From: Entomortierella parvispora E1425
Lineage: Eukaryota; Fungi; Mortierellomycota
Assembly: GCA_020891255.1 (NCBI GenBank)
Contig: BQFW01000008.1
Location: 1,922,001-1,986,000, forward strand
Length of the DNA stretch: 64,000 nucleotides
Reading direction: 5' to 3'
The position numbers and the translations under genes were made by a program. Of this stretch, positions 11,230-22,828 are shown piece by piece; the first letter of the stretch is position 1; every line of letters begins with the position of its first letter. Under the pieces are notes generated by a model. It was not told the origin of the DNA. It did no database searches and saw only the letters and a list, made by a program, of their open reading frames with translations.

Positions 11230-14100
11230 TGTGCAGGGTACTTTGTGATTTGAACTGAGCGTGAAAGGGAGGGGAAAGAAAGTGTGCTAGGCCTGGTGCG
11301 ATGGATCGGTTGATTTGGGTTACGATGAATACGACTGAGGGAGAAAGATATAGAGAAGCAGAGACGCGATTGCGATGGTTAGCGTGCGCCCTTGATGCAC
11401 AGTGGAGGGGGGCAGGAAGTGGAGGCGACGCGTCTGGTCGCGTTGTTCAAGGTGGAGAGCACGCTTTGTGTGACAAGGAAAAGGAGTGGAAAACAAACCA
11501 AACAAAAGGGAAAGGAACAAAAAGGTGCAGCACGATAGAACAGCGTTGATGGCGAAATGGAAGATGGATCCTCCAGGGCGGGATGGAATGAGACGAATGG
11601 GTTGAGATGGGATGGGACAGGATCTGATCAGGGTGGGGCATGTAATGGAGGCGAGTTGGTTGGATCTCGATGGAGACCGATGGCAATGGGCTAGGGAGAG
11701 GTGGGATAGAGAATAAAAGAGGGGCAAACGGGAACGCCGATCAGGGTCGGCGGCGGCGTCTGTCTATCTGTTCAGTCTGTCTCGTCCCAGGCTGGCCCCA
11801 GACGGACAAGCAGACAGACAGGCACGACCAGCAACGCAGCTCGGCTCCTCGGGGCGGGTCTCAGGAAGGAATCGAAGATTCACTTTTTTTCTATGGTTCG
11901 ACGGAGTAATCGTCGGTGCAAATGCGCGTCATGGGAAGATACCGGACCGTCTGCCTGCCAGCCCAGGTGATTCGAGAATAAAAGAAAAGAAAAAAGGAAA
12001 AGAAAAAACAAAGACACAGAGTTGCGTGTTGCTGCAGTGAAGGGATGACGAGATGGAGAGAGAAGCGCGAGTGTGTCAAGGATGGAGAACAAAATGAAGG
12101 TCGTGGAGAGAACGAGAAGCAGGACCAAAAGATGTTCAGATCGATCCAAATGACAAACAGACCGTGGCGGCAGATACCACTCACAGACCAGCCAAGGTCG
12201 CATCCGTCCTTGACTTTTATCGTTATGGTCATCAGCATCCAAGAACAGGAACTACACGGAGGTGTGTGTGTGTGCCCAGGATTTGTCCATTGAATCCACG
12301 CATGTCCAGTCTGCAGGCGCGGAGAACGCAAAGAAGGGACAAAAAGTATAAAAATATGTGCAAAAAAAGGAGACGGAGACAGAGAGCAGGAGGAGGGAAA
12401 GCCCAGGAGACACTACAGGGAACCAAACGCCTCGATGCCCACCATGTCCGTCCCAGGCCCATGGGCCACGCCCTTTGTGCTTTGCGTTGCATTGGTATTT
12501 TCATATCCTCCCTCCCTGTAATTATATCTCTCCCACCTCCTCTTGTTCTTCTCCTCGTTGTTGCACCTTTAGAAAGACTCTTGAACACCATCGTTACATC
12601 CAATTTCGGCTGTTTCCCTTTTTTTTTGAGTGTTACATACCTGTACTTGACTTTTGTGCAGTAATCCGACTGGGGGGCGAAGAACACGAGGAGACTGTTT
12701 TAGACAGGGAGGCAGACAAGTACATAAACGTGTGTCAGTGCTTGTCTTTTTGTGGGTCTTCAGTGATGAGATCACACGTGCAGGGTAGGATGCACGTCGC
12801 AAAGAGATCACCCTGTGCAATGCATTATGCGAAAGTAGGTGGTTGGGGCAGGGGTGCGCACACTCCCTGAAAAGAGGAGCGGATTTTTTCATCACATCAG
12901 GCTACCAAACAAAAGCTGCAAAAGCTGCAGAAGGGCAAGCAGGATGAGAGACTGTTGTTCCTGAGCGCAAGAGGCAGGATCGCAGCGCCCGCGGTGGAAG
13001 GATTGTTGAAGGGAAAGAAAAGGAGATGGTGCAGACGGCTCGATCGGGGCGGCGTTGTCAGGCCAGACCGTGAGCACAAAGAATCAAGCTAGTCTGGACC
13101 AAAGACTAGCCAGATCGTTGAGAATACACGCGACACCAACAAGGAGGGGATGAGCAGGGAGAGTGCAAAAGTGAATGCCCGCGCGAGAGAACTCTTTTTG
13201 TTTCCTGTGCAGTAGCTTGTATCGAGCATATACAAGCTTCCTCATAAAGACACAGACTCACTCCCTCTCTCACACACACATACTCTGTTTGAGTGAGAAA
13301 GAGCGATAGAATTGATAACGACCATTGGGCCATAGAGAGCGGGAGAAGGGAGCACAGAGGAGAAGGGGAAAAATAAAGGACAAAGACGGGGCAGTTGAAA
13401 TGATGGACAGAAAGGAAGAGCCGATAATTGCGACCTGCAAGAAGGCGGGTCCGCTGTGATGCAATGTAATATCAGAGATGCAGTTTGCTGTTGCAAGAGC
13501 AGCATGGTGTGGTTGTGTCTGTGTACGGTTGTTTTTAGCTGGGGAGAGGCAGTTGGGTGCTACAACGCACAGGGTGTCTTGGTTCAGAACAATGTGGTTG
13601 GATTCCACTTGCTTCGATGGCTGCGGGGTCCGTTGGTTCTGAAAAGAACCCGAGGGAAAGAGCCTCTGGAAAAGAACGGACAACCAAACCACAAACGACC
13701 CAAAGTCGAAAAAACCAAAAGGGCTGTGCACAACAGCCCAGCATTTACCGAGAACACGCGCAGATCACAGCCACTCGTATCCCCTAGAAGGTTAGTTAGG
13801 CTGGTGCTTACCTGGTGAGAAAAGGATGGAGGAAGAGACGGACAGAATGGAATGGAAGGAGTCGTGAAGATGCTGAATTAAAGAAAAACTGAATGCAGGC
13901 AGTGAAATGAAGGGATGTGTGGATCCAATGCAACGCGGCGGAACAATCGCGTGGAAATGAATTGAGTTGGATTGAAGAAAAGAAAAGAAAAGAAAAAATA
14001 GAGGAGTAATGAGTGATTTCAGGGCAGTGACGACGAGACTGAGGTCGGAATGGGATGCATTAAGGGACGGAGATCCCACGAGCGAGAGATGCGAGCGTGG

Positions 14101-14222
14101 GGTGGAAGGGAGGGGGGGAGGAGGCGAAGAAGAAGAGGAGGAGGAGGAGGAGAGGAGGAAGAACAAGAACAAGAACAAGAACAAGAACAGAAAGACGAAG
14201 AACAAGAAGGAAGAAAGACAAG
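14101..14222 (+). repeat. Purine-rich tract with (GAG)n and (AAGAAC)5 microsatellite; CT-rich on the minus strand
   Basis: Directly visible; five AAGAAC copies at 14159..14188. Confidence 0.85.
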
Positions 14223-14451
14223 GCAAAACGCAGCGGGAGAAGAGCGGACTCTGTCTGATCAGGCCGTGCCTTTCCTTCCTTCCTTCGTAGGTTCCTTCCT
14301 TCCTTCGGCCTTTTCTCTCTTTCTCTCATTCTCTCGCTCGTGGTGGAAAAATGCGAGGGGAGGACCGAGGGGGGTTCTCCTCTTGCTCGTCCTCCTACAT
14401 GTGCAAGATCACTCCCTGCTCCCTGTCTGGTGGTGCCATGTCATGGCGCGC

Positions 14452-14460
14452 TATATATAA
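14452..14460 (+). promoter_or_regulatory. Candidate TATA box (TATATATAA) followed by a CT-rich leader
   Basis: Motif is visible, followed by a pyrimidine-rich stretch like the 5' regions of other genes in the window. No established gene lies downstream. Confidence 0.4.
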
Positions 14461-14624
14461 GAAGCAGCGCTCCTCTCCTCTCCTCTCTTCTCCTCTTTTC
14501 TCCTTTGCACCCTGCTGCACTGTCGCGCACCTGTCCGAGGGGGGTAGAGGGAGGCCAATCACTCGTCTTCATTGTCCTCGTCCTGTTTTTGTTCCTGGGT
14601 CCGTCGAATGCGTCCCGCGACAAG

Positions 14625-14891
14625 ATGAATCCAAGACCTGGCCAACTGGTGCTCTCTAACTCTGCCTGGGACAGCAGGGCAACATACGGTGAAAAAGTTC
14701 AGAGAACGACAAAGGCTCACGACAAAAAGTCAACAAGTTTCTCCAGTCAGATCTCACGCGATCCAATGACTCGGTTTGCGGACATCTTTTGGCCCCATGC
14801 TTGCTTACTTGCTTGGGTCATCCTCATCTTTTCAGTTCTCCGACATCGATCTGCGAATTATTTTCCTTTCTATTTTTTGCCCGAGATTTGA
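14625..14891 (+). CDS. Candidate 88-aa small protein with one hydrophobic segment
   Basis: ATG ORF lies between the TATA box (14452) and AATAAA (14961) and contains the hydrophobic IFWPHACLLAWVILIFSVL. No homology recognised. Confidence 0.25.
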   Translation: MNPRPGQLVLSNSAWDSRATYGEKVQRTTKAHDKKSTSFSSQISRDPMTRFADIFWPHACLLAWVILIFSVLRHRSANYFPFYFLPEI

Positions 14892-15337
14892 TTACAGTAA
14901 TTGAGGGTTGTCGTCGGAGTCAGTTCTTACCGGGAATCCTCATCAACATGAAGAGCATTCAATAAAATAATATGTGGAATAACCAGCAAAGGCCTTTGCG
15001 TTTTGCTCGAGCAGCGCGCACTGCTCGATTGAAAGAAATGAATTCTATTCTTGCCAGCATGCCTCAACAGTGAGCCCAGGGCTCGCAAAAACAATCACTG
15101 GACAAACGCGCAGCTGTACCCATCTCTGTCTTTGGAATAATCTTCAGTTTCTCTCCAGCAGCTCTGTTTCCGAGCAGGTGTTTCCAGGTGTTCCCGTCTC
15201 TTTCTCAATCTCTCTCTTCAGAGTGGCCAAATGGCAAGAAAAGATTCAATCCCTTTAGATGAATGTTTATTGCGGTGCGGTCATTTCAGCCATTGCAGAT
15301 AGAATCGGCTGCCAATGAGACCTAGACGAAACTCTCG

Positions 15338-17449
15338 TTACATGTCGACCATGACAAGTGATTCTCGCATTTTGTATACACCTAGTCGCTGAGCCAGATG
15401 GACTAGCCGATGACCGAGTCTCGACGACGAAGAAGAATTGGATGAGAGCGATGCTTTGGACGAGTTATCCGATGAAGTTGATGTAGGAGAACCTGCAGAT
15501 GTTGGTGATGAAGGTGGTGGCGACATAGTGAAATCTTCATCATCTCCCAGGTCCAGTTGGTCGGATTTGTTGGAAAAGGCCAGCATGGGAGCCGAGACGG
15601 ATCGCCTATAGTCATTCGCTACACTTGCTCCACTCTTCTTTTGGCTCTCAGCTCGGATGAATGAAGTCAGAGCCCAGGTCTTGGATCTGCGACCATTGTT
15701 AGCGCCACCAACTATAGTCTTGTCGTGAGTATAGAGGTGAAGATGATGTTGATGGTCGTGGTGGTCATGACGAATATCCCAGGAACTATGAGCCCTACTC
15801 AGGCTTGGCCTCTTCAAAAGCAGCGATCGACGCTTGACCTCGATCTTTTCCAAACAGAGACTTGAAATAACAGTATGATCATCTTCTTGCTCACCCATGT
15901 TATTATCAGACGAGGCCGAAAGATCGGCTTGAAGCGATATCTCTTGTTGAACCGTCGCTTGCTCCTGTTGCTGCTCGATCTGGAATGGATTCATATCTGC
16001 GTCTTCATTATGTGCTACTACGTCCACATCTTGAAGGGACGAGATCGAGACACTGGAAGGTACACCGCGCAGTGAATCGTCCGTTTTTGGGTCCTCATAA
16101 ATGACGTAAACCAGTTCCGTGCTCAGGGTATCCGAAGAGGCAGTCGACATCAATGTCGCTGTGGACGATGCAGGATTAATAGAGGGAGGCGGGGTCGGGG
16201 GGACATAGTTTCTATGCAGGTTCTCGTTGTTCACCCACATGGGTCGAACTCGGACAACCTCATTTACAATCTTACTCTGGAGGACTTGTGATTCTTTAGC
16301 TGCACTCCAGTAATGAATCCAGCTCAGGCTGTGAACACAGGGCTCCTCTCTTAGTTCCTGCTGTCGACGCGACTGAAGATGGTGGGGTTCGAATGAATTG
16401 ATATACCGGATCTCGATCTTTGGGTAAAGCCGTTCCATAGTCTCAAAAACATGATGGTACTGCGCCTGCTCATCGGCAGACCCAACAAATACATATCCGA
16501 TAATAGAGTCTGTTGATGTTGCTCCTGGTGTAGCTGATTCCGCTGCCGGCCGAGCACCCTCCTCTTTGTGTTGCTTGGTCTGGCCTGTGACCAAGCCTCC
16601 ATCTTCCTGGCTGTCGACAGTACTCGGTGTTGAAGAAGAATCCCTCCTGCTCTTTATCGCCCGCGATCCTTTTACTCTTGATGTTGAGGTGGGCGGTGCA
16701 GGAGCCTTGACAGCCGTGGCTCCTGGTCCCAGTCGAGTTGCTTCCTTCACAGGAATCTTGACAAAGTTCACCCAACTAGCAAATTTTGAAGCGGCAGTCT
16801 CGACATACTCAATCGCAACTGGTGATTCGGGGGCTGGATAGAGATGAACAACTGGCATGTCCCACCAGAGTGCAGTCTGGGTCAGCCATTCGACATGTCT
16901 TTCAAACGTAAGTTCTGAATGCGACTCAATATGGTGAGTGACGGTGATTGCGGGCACTGGCATTTGAGAAGCTGCACCTTTGGAGGAGACATTGCCAAGA
17001 GCTGACGAAGATGTCCGATGAAAAGCGCCTTGACTAAACCAAGACTGACCAAAATAGCTGTTGCACTGAACATGATGCTGATGCTGAGAATTGCTGTTAT
17101 CGCTCACTGCCCTATTGTAACTGGGGAGGCCCTCATCTTGAGGCTGCTGGGATGCTTGATGCAGCTGTTTCAAGAGACGTTTCTCTGAAGAGTTCTTCTT
17201 TTGGTAATCCCGAATCCGTTTGATTCCATGCCAAGACGTCGAGCCATTTGTGTCCTCGCAAGGTTGAGGGGGGAGAGGTCTCTGTTGAAGATGTGCTTGT
17301 TGTTGATCTTGCAGTTGGAGACGGCGATGAATCTCTTCTTCCTCAATTATTGCGCTGTCCCAAACCTCCACGGGATCATAGGTGGGTCGGTCTAATCGAT
17401 AAGGGTTTCGCAACTGGAAGGGGGCAGTCTGCTGTTGCTTCAGTGCCAT
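15338..17449 (-). CDS. Hypothetical intronless protein (about 703 aa), largely low-complexity with a possible folded core
   Basis: Long uninterrupted ORF. The likely ATG is at 17449 after a CT-rich leader; the upstream in-frame part looks like UTR. Confidence 0.8.
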   Translation of the reverse strand: MALKQQQTAPFQLRNPYRLDRPTYDPVEVWDSAIIEEEEIHRRLQLQDQQQAHLQQRPLPPQPCEDTNGSTSWHGIKRIRDYQKKNSSEKRLLKQLHQASQQPQDEGLPSYNRAVSDNSNSQHQHHVQCNSYFGQSWFSQGAFHRTSSSALGNVSSKGAASQMPVPAITVTHHIESHSELTFERHVEWLTQTALWWDMPVVHLYPAPESPVAIEYVETAASKFASWVNFVKIPVKEATRLGPGATAVKAPAPPTSTSRVKGSRAIKSRRDSSSTPSTVDSQEDGGLVTGQTKQHKEEGARPAAESATPGATSTDSIIGYVFVGSADEQAQYHHVFETMERLYPKIEIRYINSFEPHHLQSRRQQELREEPCVHSLSWIHYWSAAKESQVLQSKIVNEVVRVRPMWVNNENLHRNYVPPTPPPSINPASSTATLMSTASSDTLSTELVYVIYEDPKTDDSLRGVPSSVSISSLQDVDVVAHNEDADMNPFQIEQQQEQATVQQEISLQADLSASSDNNMGEQEDDHTVISSLCLEKIEVKRRSLLLKRPSLSRAHSSWDIRHDHHDHQHHLHLYTHDKTIVGGANNGRRSKTWALTSFIRAESQKKSGASVANDYRRSVSAPMLAFSNKSDQLDLGDDEDFTMSPPPSSPTSAGSPTSTSSDNSSKASLSSNSSSSSRLGHRLVHLAQRLGVYKMRESLVMVDM

Positions 17450-19272
17450 GAGTGCAGTGGTAAGAGAACAAGAATAGAAGAACAGAGAAGAATCAGAGAA
17501 GAAGTAACAGAAGAAGGAAGATACGCAAAGTCCTGAAAGAGACAAAGAAAGAAAGAAAGGTTCCCCCGTTTTTGTACAATTTCGGATATCCGCTTTGTAA
17601 CAAACTAAGGGCAGGAGAAAAGACGTTGATAATGTCCAACTGGCCTGGATAGCAGCCACTAATGCAATTGAAGGAGGGCCTTGCGTCTGTCCTGTCCTGC
17701 ATGGGCTGGTCGTGTGTGTTTACTCAAAAGGCAGATTCCTGATCCTGCTTTAGCCCGATCGGCCGGCGACGGTTGCAGCAACGGCGCGTACTTGTGACTC
17801 TGTTTCGGATGGGTGCAGACGTCGCGTCATTCCTATGCGTGGGGCTTTATGATATTCCCTTTCAGTGGCAGGGTTGATGGGGGGAAAGTCTGTGAGGAGC
17901 GGGACTTCCGTGAACTACATCTACCATTCCGCCGCCAAGGTCAACGCCCAATAAAAAAAGGACAATACTGTGGAGCAGTGAGGGAGCATCGCTCTTTGTC
18001 CTTTTCTCCCTTCAGTCCTTCTCTTTGGTCCTTTGTTCCCCGCGGCGTTTTCCTGCACTATCTGTCGTGTTCTGGTCTTATTCAAGCAAATAAAAAGACG
18101 CAAACATATCTTGGCGCCGTGTTGGCTCCTCTTCTTTTCCTTCTGTTTGTTGCCATACACACAACTGTAACGCAACTGGCTCTTGCGGTTGGTGTCGTCA
18201 GACTTTTTGTCGTCGACTGTGTGGGCTGTAATCCTGTGCGACCATGCGGTCAGGCATCCTTGACGAAGGGGAGCCCACTCTTCAAACAACAAGAGTAAAA
18301 AGGAATGAACGGCGAGCCAGCATTTTGTTCTTCAGCGACAAGGCCAATCCAGATTCATTTTTGGAGCTCCTTGATGCCAACTGACGCCTAGCAAAACCTC
18401 GCTCAATTGAGAACTCTAGATCTCGCACACTTGGATTTCGTTGAAAGATAAGGGAGAACGTGAAGGGAAGATACCTATGTTCTGTACCTGGGCCGAGTAC
18501 CCATGCAGCACAGGAAATGTATGGGAGAAGATGACTCCTCTGACCCAGACGGGAGCATGTCCTTGGCAGTGCAGAGCACAAACTCTGTGCCATGCTCTTG
18601 TGCAAGAGCGGTGCCCACACGCTGTTTGTATTTGTGGCAAGGACGATTGAAATGAATTCCGCCCACCACTGTCCACGTTCGCTCTTTTCCTCCTTGGTGC
18701 TGTCGCCCCTCCAGGGACTCTTCCGCTTTGTTGCACTCCTTCCCCTTCTACCCTTCCTCGTTTACCTCCTAGACTATCCCTTCTTCCCATCTCAGTCTCT
18801 CATTCTCGCTCTCATTCATTCATCTGCATTTCATTTCAATTCCAGATTGGCAATTCATAGCCGAAACCCGTCTTCCTATTGACACTGCACAGCTGCTTCC
18901 CACCCTCCAGAACGCGTTAAAAGCATCACGGCACTTAGGATTTATTTTCACCAACCTCGAACGCAGCTCAGCCTCCTGGTGTTCTGGTGAGGATTGGCGT
19001 TCGACTCCTTTTAAGTCAGGATGCCCTTGCACGCCATCTGACGCTCTTGTGCCTTTCTTTTCATCATTCATAGAGTCCGGGTCAACAGCACTACGACTGC
19101 CCAAAGCTTTCAGGTTCAACCCTGTAAATCACCCATCGGATATTCTTGGTTGCACCTGTTCCCTGTTTGTCTGTCTGCCATCCAAATTATCGGCACCTCT
19201 CCACTCATTTCCTCCCGGTGCGGCCTCTCCTCTGTCAAGCATACCCACTGTTGTCGTCGATCTCTTTCACTG

Positions 19273-22200
19273 ATGGACGATTGCCCCGTAGATCTGGACC
19301 TTGCCCAAACAAGGGCCTTTTGGTAACGCCGCCGACCATCCCTATCCTTCTTTGGATTCTCCTATCCTTCTCTTTCATCTCTCTCGCTGATACCTCACAT
19401 AGCCTCGTCCTTTCAAACTGAACAACTGGGAGTTCATCCTCGGATGTCCCATCCGTGCCAGGTTGCACAAGTGACACTGTATTGTCCCTACCTTATTCTA
19501 TTCCCCCCTCCGTCTGTCCCTGATATTCGTTCACAGCACTTTGTCTGAAGGTCGCCCCAATCATTTCAGTGCTCTCTTTCTCTTGAGCTGACGATTTTTT
19601 TTTTTTTTTTTTTTTGGGCTTACATAGGGCCAATGGCGCTACTTCACTTGCCTCCTCTCCAAGTCCGTCTCCCGGACCAATTTCCATGGAGCAGCCGTCT
19701 GCCGACAACGGCATGCAACAATCTGTGACGAAAAAGTCGACCGCCATAGCTCCACCAAAACGTGCCCGAAAGCCCAGGATCCCTACAGCATGTGTGAGCT
19801 GTCGTCATAAAAAGATCAAGTGCGACGGTCAAGCGCCCTGTGCTCACTGCGAGAAGGGAGGGCTCAGCTGTGTGTATCCGGTGGCAACCAAACCAGTAAA
19901 CAGGGAATATGTTGAAACTCTGGAGAATCGACTGAAGAGTGTAGAGTCACACCTGCAGAGCTTGCTTTCCCTGGGTCTAGAGAGCCCTTCGCCCTCAACG
20001 GCTTCCTTGTCGACAACAGCAACCTTGACAGGAAATACTGGAGCTAGTGGAGACGGATCCTCGGATATCTTTTCCTTTGGGGATCTCTCAGTTTTGGACC
20101 ATACAGAGCAGCAAGGCGTAGGTGACTGGAACACGGCGACGCCCACCACTTTTATGAACAATGCATTTTCAGGAACAGCATCTCCATCCGTGAACAATCG
20201 CTGTGGCTCTTCGCGCCAATGTTCTATGACGCTTGAGCAGTCCCATGATCTTTCTCAGCGATCATTCCTTGGGCTAGGCATGGATCTATATCCAGGACAG
20301 GAACAGCAACAGCATCACCAACAACGCTTCCAAGAGTTTGTCGAGGATCCCGTTGTTGAAATCTTGGACCTCCTCCTTGGGCCTATGAGAGTCGATCGAG
20401 ATGGCAGAGCTCATTTCCTGCCCAGTCTACAGGAGCTACAGGAAAAGTCATTCACAGAGGCGCGCTCATTTAACAATTGTGTCAGGGGCTTAGCCGCTAC
20501 TGAAATGAAGGCCCTTGACTGGGAGAACCTGGACCAGCCACGACCGTACGCAATACCAAGTGCAATTCTTTGTTCAAAGGGAATTGCGATGCTGATCGAC
20601 ATATACTTCAAAAGTGCTCACGCCTTTTTGCCAATCCTCCACAAAGTGAGTTTCTTGACGCTCTGTCCTGCCCGTCCGGATGATCAGTACTATAGAGTCC
20701 CGCCTTTCTTGCTCATGGCTCTCTGTGCCGTTGCCACCCGTCATGCTACAGAGGCGGAACTCGAGGCGATTGCAAGGTTGCCTGGAGATGGACTATGGTA
20801 TCAGCAGACCTGTCATCCCCTGGTGACTCTTCGCTCAGACACGCTCTATAGCCACGCCCGATCACTTTTGGATACGTATAGCGACATTCCTCGACTGAGT
20901 ACCGTCCAGGGCTTGCTTCTGCTGGCATATTATCAGATCAAAGAACAAAAGCCCGAGCAATTCTTTCGTGTCCGAACGTTCTTGCATCTGGCAACGAGGA
21001 TGGCGCAGGATATGGGACTTGCAAAGGAGCTACAGGGGAGCCTGGCGTGCTCAGATGAGGAGAACCAGGGATACTTTGCCAGTTCCAGCTGTCGTGATGA
21101 GGCCACTGCCTCCGAAACCCCTGGAACTTGCACACTGAACGAGTCAACAAAACCAAAGGCCAGGAAGACAAAGTGTTTCAACAGCAGGAATGCAAAGCAG
21201 GCTATCGTGCAACAGGAGCGATATCTGACCTGGCTCGGCTGCATGTTCTTGGATGGGATCTATAGCTCCATGCTTGGGCTGGAGTATTGTGTTGCCTCAC
21301 CATGCACAGGATCAGAGATGCGACGACTGATGCGAAGAGTCAGTGAATCGACGACAGCTGAAGAATCTGCACAGAATGCGACCCTAATCTTCTGGTTCGT
21401 GTACCTGGATCTCGTTCTGATCTACCGTCGAGTATGCGAAATGTATCGCCCAGCAGGCCCTTCTTATGTCCCCCCTTCATCTTCACTGTCTAAGGAGAGA
21501 CATGATGACCACGAGTTCTACCCCAATCGGCAAAGCCAGAAGGAGATGCTTCGGATTGTTACTGGAACAGAGATACTAGCTCTCGCCCATGCTCTTGACA
21601 ATTGGTTGGATACTTTGCCCGCCCATCTCGCCTATACAGATTCCGAGCATCAGCGTCCAGAAGGTGAGAACGGCCTCGGTTCCGCCTCTGCATCACCTTC
21701 GTACTATGCACTGTACCTCCACCGGTTCTACTTCAGTATCCGGTTGCTCCTCTTCCGGCCTTTGATCAGCTATAAATCTCATCGGGGTCGACTCTTGGAT
21801 CCGAGTTCCCCGATTGCTCAATGTGTCGAGGCAGCAAAATCTCTGACAGACATTGCGCTGATGATCTTTCAAAACTACAGTTGGCCCTGGCCTGGGCTCG
21901 GTCTGTTTGCGTGTCAGATGCTGCAAGCCACTGAAATCCATTTGATGGTCATGATCCTTGGACAACAACAACGACAGCAAGAGCAACAAGAACGGACCGT
22001 TGGTGGAGTTTCGACCTTTGATGACAATGAGGCAGAGGACCGAACAGAGTTACAGGCTGCATCAGTACGGAGTCAGGACTTGTATTACAAGACCATGGAT
22101 TTGATCAAAGGCTACTGGACCTTGGCATCCATGCTTGAAAGCCAGCAACGACTGTTGGTTCTGGAGCAAACAGTGGGAAGCTATTTCATGGACACTACCA

Positions 22201-22559
22201 CAACGATATCAGCAACAGGGGGTTCCTCAGCTTCTTTGGTGCAGACTGAAGGTGACTATTCACCTTTCTCAATCCTTCAGCAACAGGATCGACAGCAGTA
22301 TGAGCAGCAGCAGCAGCAGAAGCAGAAGCAGAATAACCGCTTGCAACAACAGCAACAGTACCAGCATCAGAGCAGGCGGTTCTCCAACCTGTTTTCTCCT
22401 GCCCATATCCAATCAGGGCTTAGCGTAGCCACATTTGCCAACCCTGTGCACTTGGCCACCCCTCACGGCCAGCAACAGAGCTTGTTGACAGGGACGATGT
22501 ACAACCAGGAGCAACAGTACCACCACCGTCGACAACAGCAACAGCAACAGCAACAGCAA

Positions 22560-22600
<41 letters not shown>

Positions 22601-22736
22601 GCAACAACAGCAGCAACAACAACAGCAACAACAGCAACAACAGCAACAACAGCAACAACAGCAACAACAGCAACAACAGCAACAACAGCAACAACAGCAA
22701 CAACAGCAACAACAGCAACAACAGCAACAGCAGCAA

Positions 22737-22828
<92 letters not shown>

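Noticed and set aside
13805-13830. CTTACCTGG resembling the U1 snRNA 5' end
   Set aside because: No U1 stem-loops or Sm site follow; it is the reverse complement of a splice donor.
17881-18206. GGGGAAAGTCTG ... CAGACTTT pairing at RNase P-like spacing
   Set aside because: The CR-V consensus (ACnnnAnn before the pairing segment) and CR-IV are absent; an 8-bp match can be chance.
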